A DNA stretch of 62,435 bases, filler included, from Pirum gemmata (GCA_002812295.1; 23 parts of 23 records of this genome joined end to end with filler, not necessarily neighbours in it); one strand, 5' to 3'; positions 25,390-38,559 are shown, counted from the first letter of the whole stretch. Numbers and translations are program-made. The notes: a model not told the origin generated them from the sequence alone.

Positions 25390-25448
<59 letters not shown>

Positions 25449-25526
25449 CGTTATCGTCATTTTCTGTTATGGAAAGTTGTTGTTGTTGTTGTTGTTTGAG
25501 AGATTGGGTGGTGTAAGTTATGATTG

Positions 25527-25570
<44 letters not shown>

Positions 25571-25737
25571 CTTTTGTTACTTCGAGAAATGCGTTGTATA
25601 TTTAGTAAATTGGTACCTATTAAATGTTGCTGTGCTTGTGATGGTGGTTGTGATGGTTGTGGTTGCGATAATTTTACATGATTTTCTAATTGTGATTTAG
25701 TTTGTTGAGGTGTTTGTATTGTTATTGCTAAACTCAT
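24979..25737 (-). CDS. Low-complexity Q/N/S-rich, probably disordered protein
   Basis: 252-aa ATG-to-TAA ORF; poly-Q and poly-N in frame; GC-richer S/P/R-rich C-terminal half. No family recognised. Confidence 0.55.
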
Positions 25738-26379
25738 AGTTTCAGATTATTGTAAGTATTATTAATAAAAGTGTTAATGTAATATGTATTATTATTATAC
25801 TATTTTCAAATAGTGTTGTTATTTTAATAATTTATAGTTGTAATTGATTGTATTAAAAGTTATTATTATTAATATTTAAATATTTTAAAAGAAAAAAACA
25901 ATCAAATAATAAAAAGATTTATAAATAGTATATAATAATAATAATTAATATTATAATTTCAATTTTTTTATTTAAAAAATTAATANNNNNNNNNNNNNNN
26001 NNNNNNNNNNNNNNNNNNNNNNNNNNNNNTTAATTAATTAANNNNNNNNNNNNNNNNNNNNNNNNNNNNNNNNNNNNNNNNNNNNGTTCTTGTTGTTCTT
26101 GTTGTTCTTGTTGTTCTTGTTGTCATTGTTGTTCTTGTTGTTCTTGTTGTTCTTGTTGTTTATTTTTTAAATAAAAAACTTGTTTTCCTTTGTATACCTA
26201 GTAAGGGGAGGAGTAATAGGTTGCAGCCGATGTTATTTTAATTTTATAATTTAATAATATATCGATATTATGCTGACGATTTTTTTGTTGTAGTTTGTAT
26301 TATTATAATGTAAATTGATAATAACAAATAACATCAATAACCAACAACAACAACAACAACAACAACAACAAACAAACAA

Positions 26380-26412
<33 letters not shown>

Positions 26413-26927
26413 ACAACAAACAAACAATAACAAACAAACAAACAACAACAACAAACAACAACAACAACAAACAAACAACAACAACAAACAAACAACAACA
26501 ACAAACAGCAACAATGACAGAAAATAACAATAACAATGAACATGACAATTAACAAACACCAACAGCAACAACAATTAAACAACAACAATAACAAACAACA
26601 ACAATAACAAACAACAATAATAACAAACAACAACAATAACAAACAACAACAATAAGAAACAACAACAATACCAAACGTTAACAACAATATAACAAACAAC
26701 AACAATATAACAAACAACAACAATAACAAACAACAACAATAACAAACAACAACAATAACAAACAACAATAATAACAACAATAACAAATAACAACAAACAA
26801 CAAACAACAACAATAACAATAACAAACAATAACGTTATCGTAAAATTAAATATATCAGATATAATTTTTCAAAAATAAAAAATGGACAACCATGCTAAGA
26901 GATATTTTCTCCATTTCTACTTTTTTT

Positions 26928-26975
<48 letters not shown>

Positions 26976-26987
26976 TATTTTTTAAAA

Positions 26988-27573
26988 ACCAAGCCGAATA
27001 AAAAGGTCGACATCCAATATGAGTTCAAAATCCAAAAGTATTTAAAATGATCCAATTTAAGTTCATGTACTACCAAATTAAAAGAAATATTTTAACTAAA
27101 AAACCTCTATTATGAACCAATGGCTAGTTTTTAATAATAATTTGGATAGTTGAAAGAAGTCTAAAAATGATTTCTAGTTTAGACTATCCAGTCTATCCGG
27201 CTTGGCTGTTAAAAACAAATTAACAAAAGAAAAAAAAAAGGAAAAATATTTTTTTTTAACCTCCTCCCAAAAAAAATAGAGCCACAGGCAGAATAAAGTA
27301 TGAAAGTAACTAGATGTTTACATTTTTTTTTTAACATATTTTTAACAGCCAAGCCGGGTAAAACTGTATGTAGTTTAGAAATCTTTTCTAAAAACTTTAA
27401 TAATATTTTTTAAAACTAGCCAAATTATTTTTAAAAACTAGCAATTGGTTCATAATAGAGCTTTATTACTTATATAATTTATCAAATTTTGGTAGTACTT
27501 TTATTTAAATTGGATCATTTTAAGATTTTGAATTTTTGAGCTCATAAAGCGATGTCGCAATTTTTATCCGGCT
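26988..27573. mobile_element. Two inverted copies of repeat family D (~220 bp; ends CCAAGCCGGAT...ATCCGGCTTGG)
   Basis: 26988-27212 and 27340-27573 are diverged reverse complements; further copies near 3700-3860 and 18937-19150. Confidence 0.75.
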
Positions 27574-28378
27574 TTTAAAAAAAAAAAAATAATAATAATA
27601 GATCAGCTAATAGATCACACATAGCTGGAGTAGCACACAAAGTCTAAAAACATTCTCTTTTTTCATTCAAAACAAAAGTTTACTTATAATAAAAATTTCG
27701 AATCATAATAAAAANAAATTATTATAAAATTTTTCAAACTTTTTTTCAAAAAAAAAAAAAAAAGGGTATTATAAACTTTTTTTTCCTCAGATACCGGTAT
27801 CATATTGTATACTGTCAATATGGTTAATTATTATTTTGGGTACAATTAGTTAACAATTTAAAAGATTTTTTGATAAGTAAAGTTTTATACTACCCATTTC
27901 ATTTTTTAAAAAAAAGTTGGTTGTGTTTAATCTGTGTAATTCATTTTCTCTTTTTATATAATTTACCAATATTAGTAAGTATTATTACCTTTTTTAGGTA
28001 TTATTTTAAATTTGGTAACTATTGTCATATTTTCGCCTTTTTTGATTGGTCTTTCGCCTAACAAATTGAAACAATTGGCTTTTGGTTAATATTTTTGATT
28101 TTTCTATTTGTTAATAGCATTTAAAGGCCTTCCATATTTATAATTTTTATGAGTTTACTTAGAAAAAAGCGATTTTCTATTGGGTATTACTAAATAGTGG
28201 GTTGCAGTTCTAGAATCTAGTCTACCTATAATATAAACATAATTACTATCATTATCTCTACTCATAATAATAATAATANNNNNNNNNNNNNNNNNNNNNN
28301 NNNNNNNNNNNNNNNNNNNNNNTTAATTAATTAANNNNNNNNNNNNNNNNNNNNNNNNNNNNNNNNNNNNNNNNNNNN

Positions 28379-30020
28379 TTTTTTTTTTTTTTTTTTTTTT
28401 TTTTGAGCTATCAAATAGTGTGGAGTCTGTGGACTACTGTAGAGTACTTGTAGAGTCCATTTAATTTATGGGAATTGTTATTTTAGTGCTTAGTTGTTTT
28501 TTGTGTTTTGTTTTGTTTGTGATTTCTTTTTGCTTTTGCGTTTGTTTTGGGGAATTGTTATTAGTTTTGAGCAGAATATGTTTTCATTTTTGTGTTAATA
28601 TTCCTAGTGGGGTTGGTTTCCATTTTGGTATATCATGATTATTTTTTGAAAACGCTAGTCCTTCTGTTTTGGTTGGATTTTTTTGATAATCTATGGCTAA
28701 TTGTTGAATTGTAAGGTTTAGGAATATTGCTTTAGTTGTATATTTATCCATGAGTGCTGTTGCTCTTTGTTCTATTTTTGTAGTTTTAGTTGTTCTCTTA
28801 GTTTTGATGTTGGTATTTTTTGTAGAATGTTTGTTTTCGTTGCTAGTCTGGTAATTACATTTTGTGTTCGTTCAAGAGGAATTATTGTGGAGTCTGGCAT
28901 TTGTGTGATTGTTAAAGTTGCGTAGTCTGTAATTGGTAAGATTAGAGTTTTATAGCGTGTCATTATTGCTTTTTTGTTGTGTATATTTTGGTTTTTTAGT
29001 TTATAGATTACGTTCAATTTTTGTCTTGTTTTATGATTTTGTTCAATTTTTGTCTTGTTTTGTGGACTAGGTGTTCAGATTGAATTTTGAAGTTTAGTCG
29101 GTTATCAATGTGATGTCCTAGTAGCTTTGTATTTTTGACTTCTTGTATTGTTTTGTTATTATAGTCAATTATATATTGTTCATTGTGTTGTTGGTTATTT
29201 CGTCTGAAGTTTATGTAGTTTATTTTTTGTTTTTCCGTTGAGATATTAGTGTTCCATTGTTGCATCCATTGTTTTATTTTGTTTAGTGTTTTTTGTAAGT
29301 TTTGTTGTATTAGTTTTGTTGTTGTTGCTGTTATTAGTACTGGAATATCGTCAGCAAAAGCTTGTACTTGCGTTGTTGTTGGGTCGGAGAGTTTGTTGTT
29401 GTTGTTTAGTATATTAAGTAGGTCATTCATGAAGATGTTGAATAGGAGGGGACCCTTGGGGTACTCCTGTTGTTATGTTGTATTTTTTTGATTTATATCC
29501 ATTTTGAACTGGTATATATGTTCTTTGCTGTATGTAGTTTAGTAGCCAGTTTCCTATGTAGTTGGGTAGGTTTATTTGAAATAGTTTGTAGATTAGGCCT
29601 TCGTGCCATACTTTTTCGAAAGCTTTGATTATGTCGATGGTGATTAGTAGAGTTGCTTTGTTTTTTTGATTTATAGTTTCTTTTGTTTTTCGGATTATTT
29701 TGAAAAGCACATCATTTGTGTTTCTGTGTGTTCTAAATCCGGATTGTGAGTTTGATATTATGTCGTTGTCTAGGAATGTTTTTAGTCTATATTTTAATAT
29801 TTTTTCTGCTATTTTTGAGGTTTTGTTGAGTAAGCTTAGAGGCCGATAATTTTGTGGTTGTGTGGTATCTTTGTTAAGCTTTTGTTTCATTTTTATTATT
29901 GCATGTTTCCAGGCTTTTGGCAGTAATCCAGTTTTAAAGATTGTATTTATTAGTAGTTTTATACGGTTGAGTGATAGATGTTTTAGTGTTGTGTAGGTTA
30001 TATTATCTTCTCCAGATACT
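28379..30020 (-). mobile_element. 5'-truncated, frameshifted non-LTR retrotransposon (LINE) reverse transcriptase with putative poly(A) tail
   Basis: SGEDNI..LK, LPKAWKHA, NYRPLSLL, QSGFR, DIIKAFEKVWH, GVPQGS, FADD and KLLG motifs spread over ORFs 29423-29890, 29014-29430 and 28772-29017; T run at 28379-28404 reads as poly(A) on the minus strand. Confidence 0.92.
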
Positions 30021-30278
30021 AAAAAGTTTTTTTTTTTTTTTTTTTTTTTTATGTAAAAATTGTAATAATTGATAATAATAATAAAAAAATACTACTGCTA
30101 CTACTACTTCTACTACTACTATTACTACTATCTACTACTACTACTATCTGCTACTACTACTACTTACTACTACTACTACTACTACTATTACTACTAGTAC
30201 TAATACTAGTACTAGTACTAGTACTAGTACTATTACTATTACTACTACTATTACTACTAGTACTACTACTACTACTAG

Positions 30279-30323
<45 letters not shown>

Positions 30324-30385
30324 TTTTATTACTGCCAGTACTAGTACTAGTACTAGTACTATTACTATTACTACTACTACTACTT

Positions 30386-30428
<43 letters not shown>

Positions 30429-30538
30429 CACTACCACTACTACTACCACTACTATAGCTAGCTACTACTTATAGTAAGTTACCACTAATAATAATACTAC
30501 TAATACTAATACTAATACTACTACTATGGCTAGTACTG

Positions 30539-30641
<103 letters not shown>

Positions 30642-30835
30642 NATATAATTATTTATTTATTTATTAATTAAAATAAATAAAAACTCAAAATAAAAGACAC
30701 AATGTCATAAACCTTAATACATATTTGATGTGTTTATTTATAGTTTTTCACTGTTTAGTAAATTTGTACACATTGAAGAATATAAACACTGACCAGTTAT
30801 ACATAATCATATACTGATAAAAGACTTCGTTACGT

Positions 30836-31545
30836 TTATTTCGACATTTCCATTTCAGCCAAACTATATAAACAAAGGGGATATGATAAAAAGGCACACG
30901 AAAAAGCAAGCTGTCTAAATGGTGTTTTCTTATATTTCTTATATTTTTTTTTAAGGTTGGGGTAACTTTCGACGAAACAAGTATATTTACCATTGTTGAT
31001 TTGAACGTCCAAATCAAACTTTGGTTTTTGTCTTGCCCACTCGTCTGCTGGTAAGTTGGCTAACCCAGAAATAACAGCTTGAGTTTGTTCAAACAAGCAA
31101 GTCTGTCGTAACATAATCTCTTTCAGCGAAAGTTCCCTTCCTAAAGAGCCATACCCTACAAACAAACTACAACTAGGAATGATTAGACCATGAACACCTA
31201 TAGTGACAGCACCCCTGTGTAAAGGTACATGCTCTAACAGGAGGGGAACGTTTTGTAGATTTGCGTCATTTAACACACCCCTTAACTTCGGCAAAAATCT
31301 ATCCACCAACTCATATCTCAGCTCAGATTGTATAAAGCTTTCTAAAAACTTTGGGTCAGTATCACGGTAAGAAACGCCTTTTAGAATTAAAATTTTTACC
31401 ACGCCTTCCTCAGTGGAGATTGACGACGACTTTTGTTGCACCCATTTGACTTCTGTCACGAGTCTTTCCATGAAATCAAACGATGTTGGTGTATGAATTA
31501 AACTGCAGCGATTCGGATTTGAAAATGAATCCGTAATTACAATAC
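30836..31545 (-). CDS. Terminal exon of a MYND-like finger + CheD/NTAN1/CNF1-like deamidase gene
   Basis: AG acceptor at 31547-31546; phase-1 join to the upstream exon gives GISTYGIRTCLG|IVITDSFSNPNRCSLIHT, continuing in frame into the 211-aa ORF. Confidence 0.65.
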
Positions 31546-31700
31546 CTTATATAAATATATAGTATATTAATATTACAAACACGTGTATGATGAAATGGTA
31601 TTGTACTTATTTAAGTAAACTTTTGATTAATATGTACATGTATAATTATGAATAAGTTGAGATTATGTTTACATTTTTCATATAATTATGATATTAATAC

Positions 31701-32044
31701 CTAAACACGTTCTTATTCCGTAAGTCGAAATACCGTCAATTGGTAAATAACGATTGTCCCTTTTCAAATTTGATTTGTTATATTTTGAATCATATCTTCC
31801 AACACCTCCAGTATAAATACAACAATAATTTTCAAACATTTCCTTCTTCTCGTTTAAAGTCATATTTCTTTGATGATACATATTAGTTCGTTCAAAATCA
31901 TAAATATTACACGAAATGATCTGATACTGGTGTGGTGAGCAGATAGGTGGATGACAAACTGTGTCCAAAGTTGGCTTGTGTTTTGAGCAAAAGAAAACCA
32001 GTTTACATCTTGGACAACTGCTTAAAAGTTCTTCATTAGAATCT
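31701..32044 (-). CDS. Internal exon: partial MYND-like Zn finger and N-terminal part of the deamidase-like domain
   Basis: Reads DSNEELLSSCPRCKLVFFCSKHKPTLDTVCHPPIC...GIRTCL; CATTAG acceptor at 32046-32045, GT donor at 31700. Confidence 0.65.
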
Positions 32045-32190
32045 CTAATGAATAAGTTTATAAAAATATAGTTTCATCAAAATAGAGGACATGGCTCATA
32101 AGTTGTATAATACAGGGAACATGTTACGTTCAGACTAGTGTAGGGTTAGAAACTGTTACAACAAATAAAGAGAAAGAGATAAGAATGAGA

Positions 32191-32249
<59 letters not shown>

Positions 32250-32281
32250 NNNNNNNNNNNNNNNNNNNNNNNNNNNNNNNN

Positions 32282-32327
<46 letters not shown>

Positions 32328-32552
32328 TTACTACTATTACTACTATTACTACTATTACTACTACTACTAGCTACTACTACTATTACTATTACTATTACTA
32401 TTACTATTACTATTACTATTACTATTACTGTTACTATTACCACTACTACTACTACTACTGCTACTACTACTACTACTACTATTACTACTTCCACTACCAC
32501 TTCCACTACCACTACCACTACTACCGCCAGTACCACCACCACCACCACCACC

Positions 32553-32604
<52 letters not shown>

Positions 32605-32930
32605 ATCCCCACCTTACACCAACTTTCAACTTCCCTCAACTTTATCCCTAACCTTATCGCTTAACCTTACCCCCAAACCTTATACCTAACCTTACCCTCA
32701 AACCTTAGCTGTGACTCACTAACCCACTAACCTTAATTCAACCCCAACCTAACAAATATAATACTTTTAGTTCCATTATAGTAATAGAAAACCACCACCA
32801 CCACCACCACCAACAACAATAACAACAACAAAAGAAGATCAATGATTCACTTTTTTATATAAGGGGGAAAACAAATTCCATATTTTTATGATTAGCTTAT
32901 TTATTATGTTAAATAATGGACAGTAGCCCA

Positions 32931-32984
32931 CATTATTATACAGGTTATTATCATACCCACCAAAAGTAACCACCCATCTTGAAC
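32931..32984 (-). CDS. Possible small exon with a kelch-like motif
   Basis: TAG|GTTCAAGATGG...; peptide SRWVVTFGGYDNNLYNN resembles the kelch hhhhGG motif; possible GT donor follows. Confidence 0.3.
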
Positions 32985-33525
32985 CTAATACATAGAAAAC
33001 ATATATAGAATTATATAAAATATAAATAACAATGAAAATAATAACAATGAATAATAATAATAACATTAATGACAATAATAGTAATAATAATAACAATAAA
33101 AATAATAACAGCAACAACAAACTCGGCATTGATAACAATTACGACGTTAACCACAACAACCACAACAACCACCACACCCAGTCACAGCCACTACCAAATA
33201 ATAAAAAAGAAAAATAAACAAAATAAACAAAATAAACAAACAAAAAAACCAAACCAACCAAACCAACCAACCAAACCCAAACCCAACGAAACCAACCAAA
33301 CCAACCAACCCAACCCAACCAACCAACCAACTAACCAAACCAAACCAACCAAACCAACCAAACCAACCAAACCNNNNNNNNNNNNNNNNNNNNNNNNNNN
33401 NNNNNNNNNNNNNNNNNTTAATTAATTAANNNNNNNNNNNNNNNNNNNNNNNNNNNNNNNNNNNNNNNNNNNNCAAACAAACAAACAAACAAACAAACAA
33501 ACAAACAAACAAACAATGTTTTTAC

Positions 33526-33646
33526 CCCAAATAGGTTTAGCTGTATCATCCAAGCGATAAATATTAAGCTTTCTATCAGAAAGCTCTTGCCAGAACGCAG
33601 CGTCAGGCACAGATGTGAACGGAACAAATTTTAAACCACCAGTCAT
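33526..33646 (-). CDS. ATG7: Autophagy E1-like enzyme Atg7, first exon
   Basis: MTGGLKFVPFTSVPDAAFWQELSDRKLNIYRLDDTAKPIWG fits the Atg7 N-terminal LxF.PF.S.....FW..L...KL...KLD pattern; GTAAAA donor at 33525. Confidence 0.85.
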
Positions 33647-34441
33647 TTTACGGAAATGATTGTTGCTTAGACTCAGCAAAAAAAAAAATATTTTTGTTTA
33701 TGTAAAGGAGTTTATTATTATTATTGTGTTATACTAAAGAAAATTAAAAATCATAATTAACTCTACTCTCACAATGCAACTTAAAAATGATGGTAGTGGT
33801 AGTGGTGGTGGTGGTTATAACCCAATTTTGAAGTCCTTGTTAAATTATTGTATCCATTATCATTATCATTATTATTTTTATTTGTAAATTTATTTTTTTA
33901 TATCATATTTTATATAGCTTATTTTATTATCATAATATCATATTTTTTAAAAAAATGTTCTGATAGCTATCATAGCTAGCTATATGCCATCTGTGTCCGA
34001 ACGGACACCAAAGCTGTTCCTTGAAGCTAGCTAGCATAATATATCGAGCAGAAAAAATAACCCAATTTTTTTTAAAAAAATGAAAAAATTCGCAAAAAAA
34101 AAATGCGTCAAATAAAACTTTGTTAAAAAACAATGAGATAAAGGATTCTTACTTACTAGCCAGAGTTTGTTTTTTTTGGGACGGCGAATCCAAATCTGAA
34201 ATCAAAATATAACACTTTCTTTTCGCCAATCTACTTTTTTATTTGAACCAATTACCCTTCAGCTCGCTTTTTTATTTTTTTTTTTTTTTTTTGGTCCACA
34301 AAAAAATTTTAAAATTGGGTGCGAAAAATGATTGAATGAACAAACTATAATTTATTTTTATCATTATTATTAAACTACGAAAATTATTATTATTAAAAAA
34401 TTATTATTTCCATGCCTTTCATTATTTACAATTAACAATGA

Positions 34442-35266
34442 TTATTTGCACGACTTCCACCATTTACTACCCTTACAAGTGTATCCTTCCTCGCAACAAG
34501 TGGAACCTTTATAACCAATACCTCCACACTGTTGCCAATGTTTTCTAGGATTTTGACAAACACCCTCAAACTTAACATCTTCCGAATTGACAACAACTAC
34601 ACCAGCATTGGTTAATTCGTCAACTGTTTTAGGAATATCATCAGGATTAACGGCTCTAGTTAAATCTTCAATAAAGTAAGTGTTATAACCAAGTTTTTGT
34701 TTCGCATCCATAGCTGTGTACGCCACACAGAAATCAGTCGCCAACCCCACTAAGTATACATCACTTATTTTGTGATGTTGCAAATACTCATGTAGTCCAA
34801 CTACTTCGCTGCCATCATTTTCAAAAAATCCAGAATAACTATCCACACCAATGTTAGTACCTTTTTTAAAAACGGCACCTAAATTTTCGTAAATTTTTGG
34901 TACAATTTCAGCACCGTGTGTGCCTTGCATACAATGGTCTGGCCAAAAGACCTGGAAAATACCGTTTAAGTCGCCAGTTGAGAACGGTGGTTGTGGTGGG
35001 TTTTGAGCAGACCCATAACTTCCGTGATTCCATGGATGCCAGTCTTTAGTACCTACTACTAATCTTCCTTGTGATTTAAACTGAGTAACTAAGTCAGCAA
35101 CAGGGTCAATAATATCTAAGGCACCTTCAACTTTAAGAGAACCTGTGATAAAATCCCATTGCATGTCAACAACAATTAAGGCTGCATCCTTCGCTACAAA
35201 TTCGGAAGAGGCTGCTTTGGCGAAAGTGATAGCGCAAGCAAGAAGAAAATACTGGGATTGCATCAT
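34442..35266 (-). CDS. PNC1: Signal-peptide-bearing nicotinamidase/pyrazinamidase (PncA/Pnc1 family) fused to a C-terminal CBM1
   Basis: ALIVVDMQWDF (Asp), KDWHPWNH and WPDHC (metal ligands), KKG..DSYSGF (Lys), GLATDFCV (Cys); signal-like MMQSQYFLLACAITFAKA; HWQQCGGIGYKGSTCCEEGYTCKGSKWWKSC; intronless. Confidence 0.92.
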   Translation of the reverse strand: MMQSQYFLLACAITFAKAASSEFVAKDAALIVVDMQWDFITGSLKVEGALDIIDPVADLVTQFKSQGRLVVGTKDWHPWNHGSYGSAQNPPQPPFSTGDLNGIFQVFWPDHCMQGTHGAEIVPKIYENLGAVFKKGTNIGVDSYSGFFENDGSEVVGLHEYLQHHKISDVYLVGLATDFCVAYTAMDAKQKLGYNTYFIEDLTRAVNPDDIPKTVDELTNAGVVVVNSEDVKFEGVCQNPRKHWQQCGGIGYKGSTCCEEGYTCKGSKWWKSCK

Positions 35267-36258
35267 GTTGACAATAAAGTAAATTTTTAAAAAGAAAATT
35301 AATAATATGAGTAATCGCTAGTTAAAATTTTTATTTTTAAATTTTATTATTGTTATTATTATTTTATAAAAATCTTGCTTTTATATACTACAATTTTTTA
35401 TATTTTTTTGATTCCTTTTTTTCTTTTTTCTTTTCCTTCTATTATTATTATTATTAGCGCACATGTGTATAGTTGTTACAATTTTATAACGATTCTAATG
35501 CAAAACAAACAAATGATAGTTTTTTTTTTATTCCTGTTTTATTCGGTGATTTTAATTTTTTTTTATTTTAATTTTACTTTTATTTTTCTGCGTAATTCAG
35601 ATTCGTAATTGCTTGTTTTTTTTTTTTTTTTTTTTTTTTTTTTTNNNNNNNNNNNNNNNNNNNNNNNNNNNNNNNNNNNNNNNNNNNNTTAATTAATTAA
35701 NNNNNNNNNNNNNNNNNNNNNNNNNNNNNNNNNNNNNNNNNNNNTATATTATAATATTATAATATTTTAATATTACATTATATTACATTATTATATTATC
35801 ATACAACATTATTATATTACATATTATCATATTATTATAATGACGTCATCCACATTAACCTCTTCCATGAGACTCCTTGAATTCATACATTAACAATCAT
35901 CCTAATAAAATACAAAATTTTCTATATTTAGTTTTAATAGTACTTTATAGCATAGGGACTAAAGTATAGGGCTAACACGGATGACGTCATAATAATATTT
36001 TTTATTTTTTTTATTTTTTACCAACATCGATTCAGGTTTTGAGAGAAAGAGAAAATTCCCTCTCAAAATTAAATTACTAATTATTAGAAGACTAAGAGTA
36101 TTATGACCTTTCTTGTGTACTCTCATACATCCAAAAATGGCAATATTATATATGAGATTTTATGAGTCAATTTCATTACAGTTGTCCTCTCAATCTTTAA
36201 TTTGGTACTGGTTAAGTGTAAAATTGAACTTGTTTATAAAATACAACATTAATTATAA

Positions 36259-37137
36259 CACCCTGAGGACTGAATTTTTAATGATTAGTATTTACAATGC
36301 TTGAAAATGAGCTTCTCGAAATTACGAGCAATATTAAAGATTTTGGTTTCAGTCGAAACCAGAGACTGAGGAGCGTACTATGGTTCAAGCCTCACGTCCA
36401 TAGCTTAAGTATTTATAGAGATAATTTGAATGGTACCATTTAACCAGGTTACATCGATTAACACCTTTTTTAGAAAATTTGGCAGATTTTGGATTATATT
36501 TTGGCCACTTTTCGTTTCATAAAAAGTGCAATTTGATTTGGCCAATCAAACGTGATATTTCAAACTGGTCAAAAGTCACCACACTATTAGTTACTTTACC
36601 CTCTACAGGGATAGAAAAAAAAATATATTACGTAAAATATCGTAGGTATATACCAAATCAAAAAAAAAAATTCTGTGTTACGTATCATGTTATTTGCGTC
36701 ATAAAAGTATACCAGTTAAAGATTATTTATGTCATTTTACGTCATCAAAAGGGAATTGTATGGGTGGTTTGTAGACAAAAGCCACACTATGAAAAAAATG
36801 CAACTCATTGGCTAACTTAATTTGCATTGTTTTATTAAATAAAAACATAACAAAAGCAGCCTATTTAATCCAAAAATATCTGATGTTTGGCACTTTATTT
36901 TAAATACTGCCTTTGAATATCTCTATAAGTACTTGTACTGTTGATTCAACTCAAAAACTTTATTTAGTTAGTTTTGTCTCTAGTTTCGATTGATACCAAG
37001 AACGTCAAAATTGCTCGAGTCTAGCCGAATTGAGAATTTTGAAAAAAGCTCGAGTCTAGCCGAATTGAGAATTTTGAAAAAAAAAAAATTATAAAGTCCC
37101 TATATGAAAAATCTTTGAAAATTCGTTCCTCAGGGTG
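36259..37137. mobile_element. 879-bp non-autonomous TIR element nested in a family-B repeat
   Basis: Ends CACCCTGAGGACTGAATTTT and AAAATTCGTTCCTCAGGGTG; ATAA on both flanks (36255-36258, 37138-37141); the flanks rejoin into family B. Confidence 0.8.
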
Positions 37138-38121
37138 ATAAAAAACCAAATTAAGTAAAACATGTCTGATAGTTTAACCATATTAATAATTTGGTACGTT
37201 TATTTCAGTTTTTGAACTGGACAACACAATTGGAAAACACGATACTTTTCCTCTACCTGAGGCTAGGATAGAAAAAAATATTTTTTATTGTGTCGCCATC
37301 CGTAGTTCGAAATTTTTGAATTTTTTCGATTTAAGTATTGACTCACTTTTGATTTAAAACTCGAAAAAAAAAGAATATCATTTCAAAATTGTCCCTATTT
37401 AATAATTAGGATCGAGCTGTTTGATTCATTTATGTTTTCACGTGTCTACTAATAGTGGCCCAAGAAAATGTTTTACTTTCGTAACCTTTTGCTTTTAGAA
37501 TTCTAACCTGCTGTTTTAACTTGGAGAGGGGATGTACGTGATAGTCAAGTAGATGAAATTCTCCTATTTCGGATCACATAAATATTTATATATGTGCATA
37601 TGGCATTGGTAATAATAGCTTATTAGTGTTTTGAATTTGGGTTTCTTAATTTAATAAAGTTATAATAAGAATAGTAATAAAATATGTAAATGTTTATTAT
37701 TACTATTATCATTTATTATTTAAAATGGATATTTTCTACCTAATTGGCTTTTTACTGAGTTAAAATTTTAAATGTGGTGGGTTAATAATAAATAATAATA
37801 ATAATGATATAATGATAATAATGATAATAATGATAATATAATGAAAATGATAATGATAATGATGGTAATAATGATGATAATGATAAAAATGATAATAAAA
37901 TTAATAAAATTAATAATGATAATAATGATAATAATGATAATANNNNNNNNNNNNNNNNNNNNNNNNNNNNNNNNNNNNNNNNNNNNTTAATTAATTAANN
38001 NNNNNNNNNNNNNNNNNNNNNNNNNNNNNNNNNNNNNNNNNNTAGTAATAGTAATAGTAATAGTAATAGTAATAGTAATAGTAATAGTAGTGTACATGTG
38101 TGCACGTGTCAATAAACTTAC

Positions 38122-38301
38122 CAGTACTACCCATGCCGCCCATGCCGCCCATGTCGCCCATGTCGCCCATGCCGCCCATTCCTCCCATATCGGCCATACC
38201 ACCCATACCACCCATACCACCCATATCGGCCATACCACCCAGGTCACCCATACCACCCATGTCACCCATACCACCCATGTCACCCATACCACCCATATCA
38301 C
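38122..38301 (-). CDS. 180-nt symmetric (phase 1-1) exon encoding a G/D/M repeat
   Basis: AAAG acceptor at 38303-38302, GTAAGT donor at 38121; GDMGGMGDMGG... with variable third codon positions. Similar tails occur on chaperones and co-chaperones; host gene not identifiable. Confidence 0.7.
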
Positions 38302-38559
38302 CTTTATAAAGAAAAACAAAAAAAAAGTTAAGTCGTACACGAAAGAAATTAAAAATTGAAAAACAAACCAAGTATATGGAATTAAATTAATTTGGCGAAG
38401 ATCTACTAAAAAGTGGCACAAAAAAAGAGAAAACATTAAACAAATAAAGGGCACTCTATGGCAATAAAAATAAAATTGAGATGGTATTTAAACGTAACCG
38501 AACATTGAAACGGGTAGAATGAAGAGGTGAGGGAAGTTAAATGTGTGTTTTGTTTGTTA

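Noticed and set aside
33526..35266. ATG7 next to the nicotinamidase-CBM1 gene as a functional pair
   Set aside because: They share a contig, but simple adjacency in a eukaryote is not evidence of a shared pathway.
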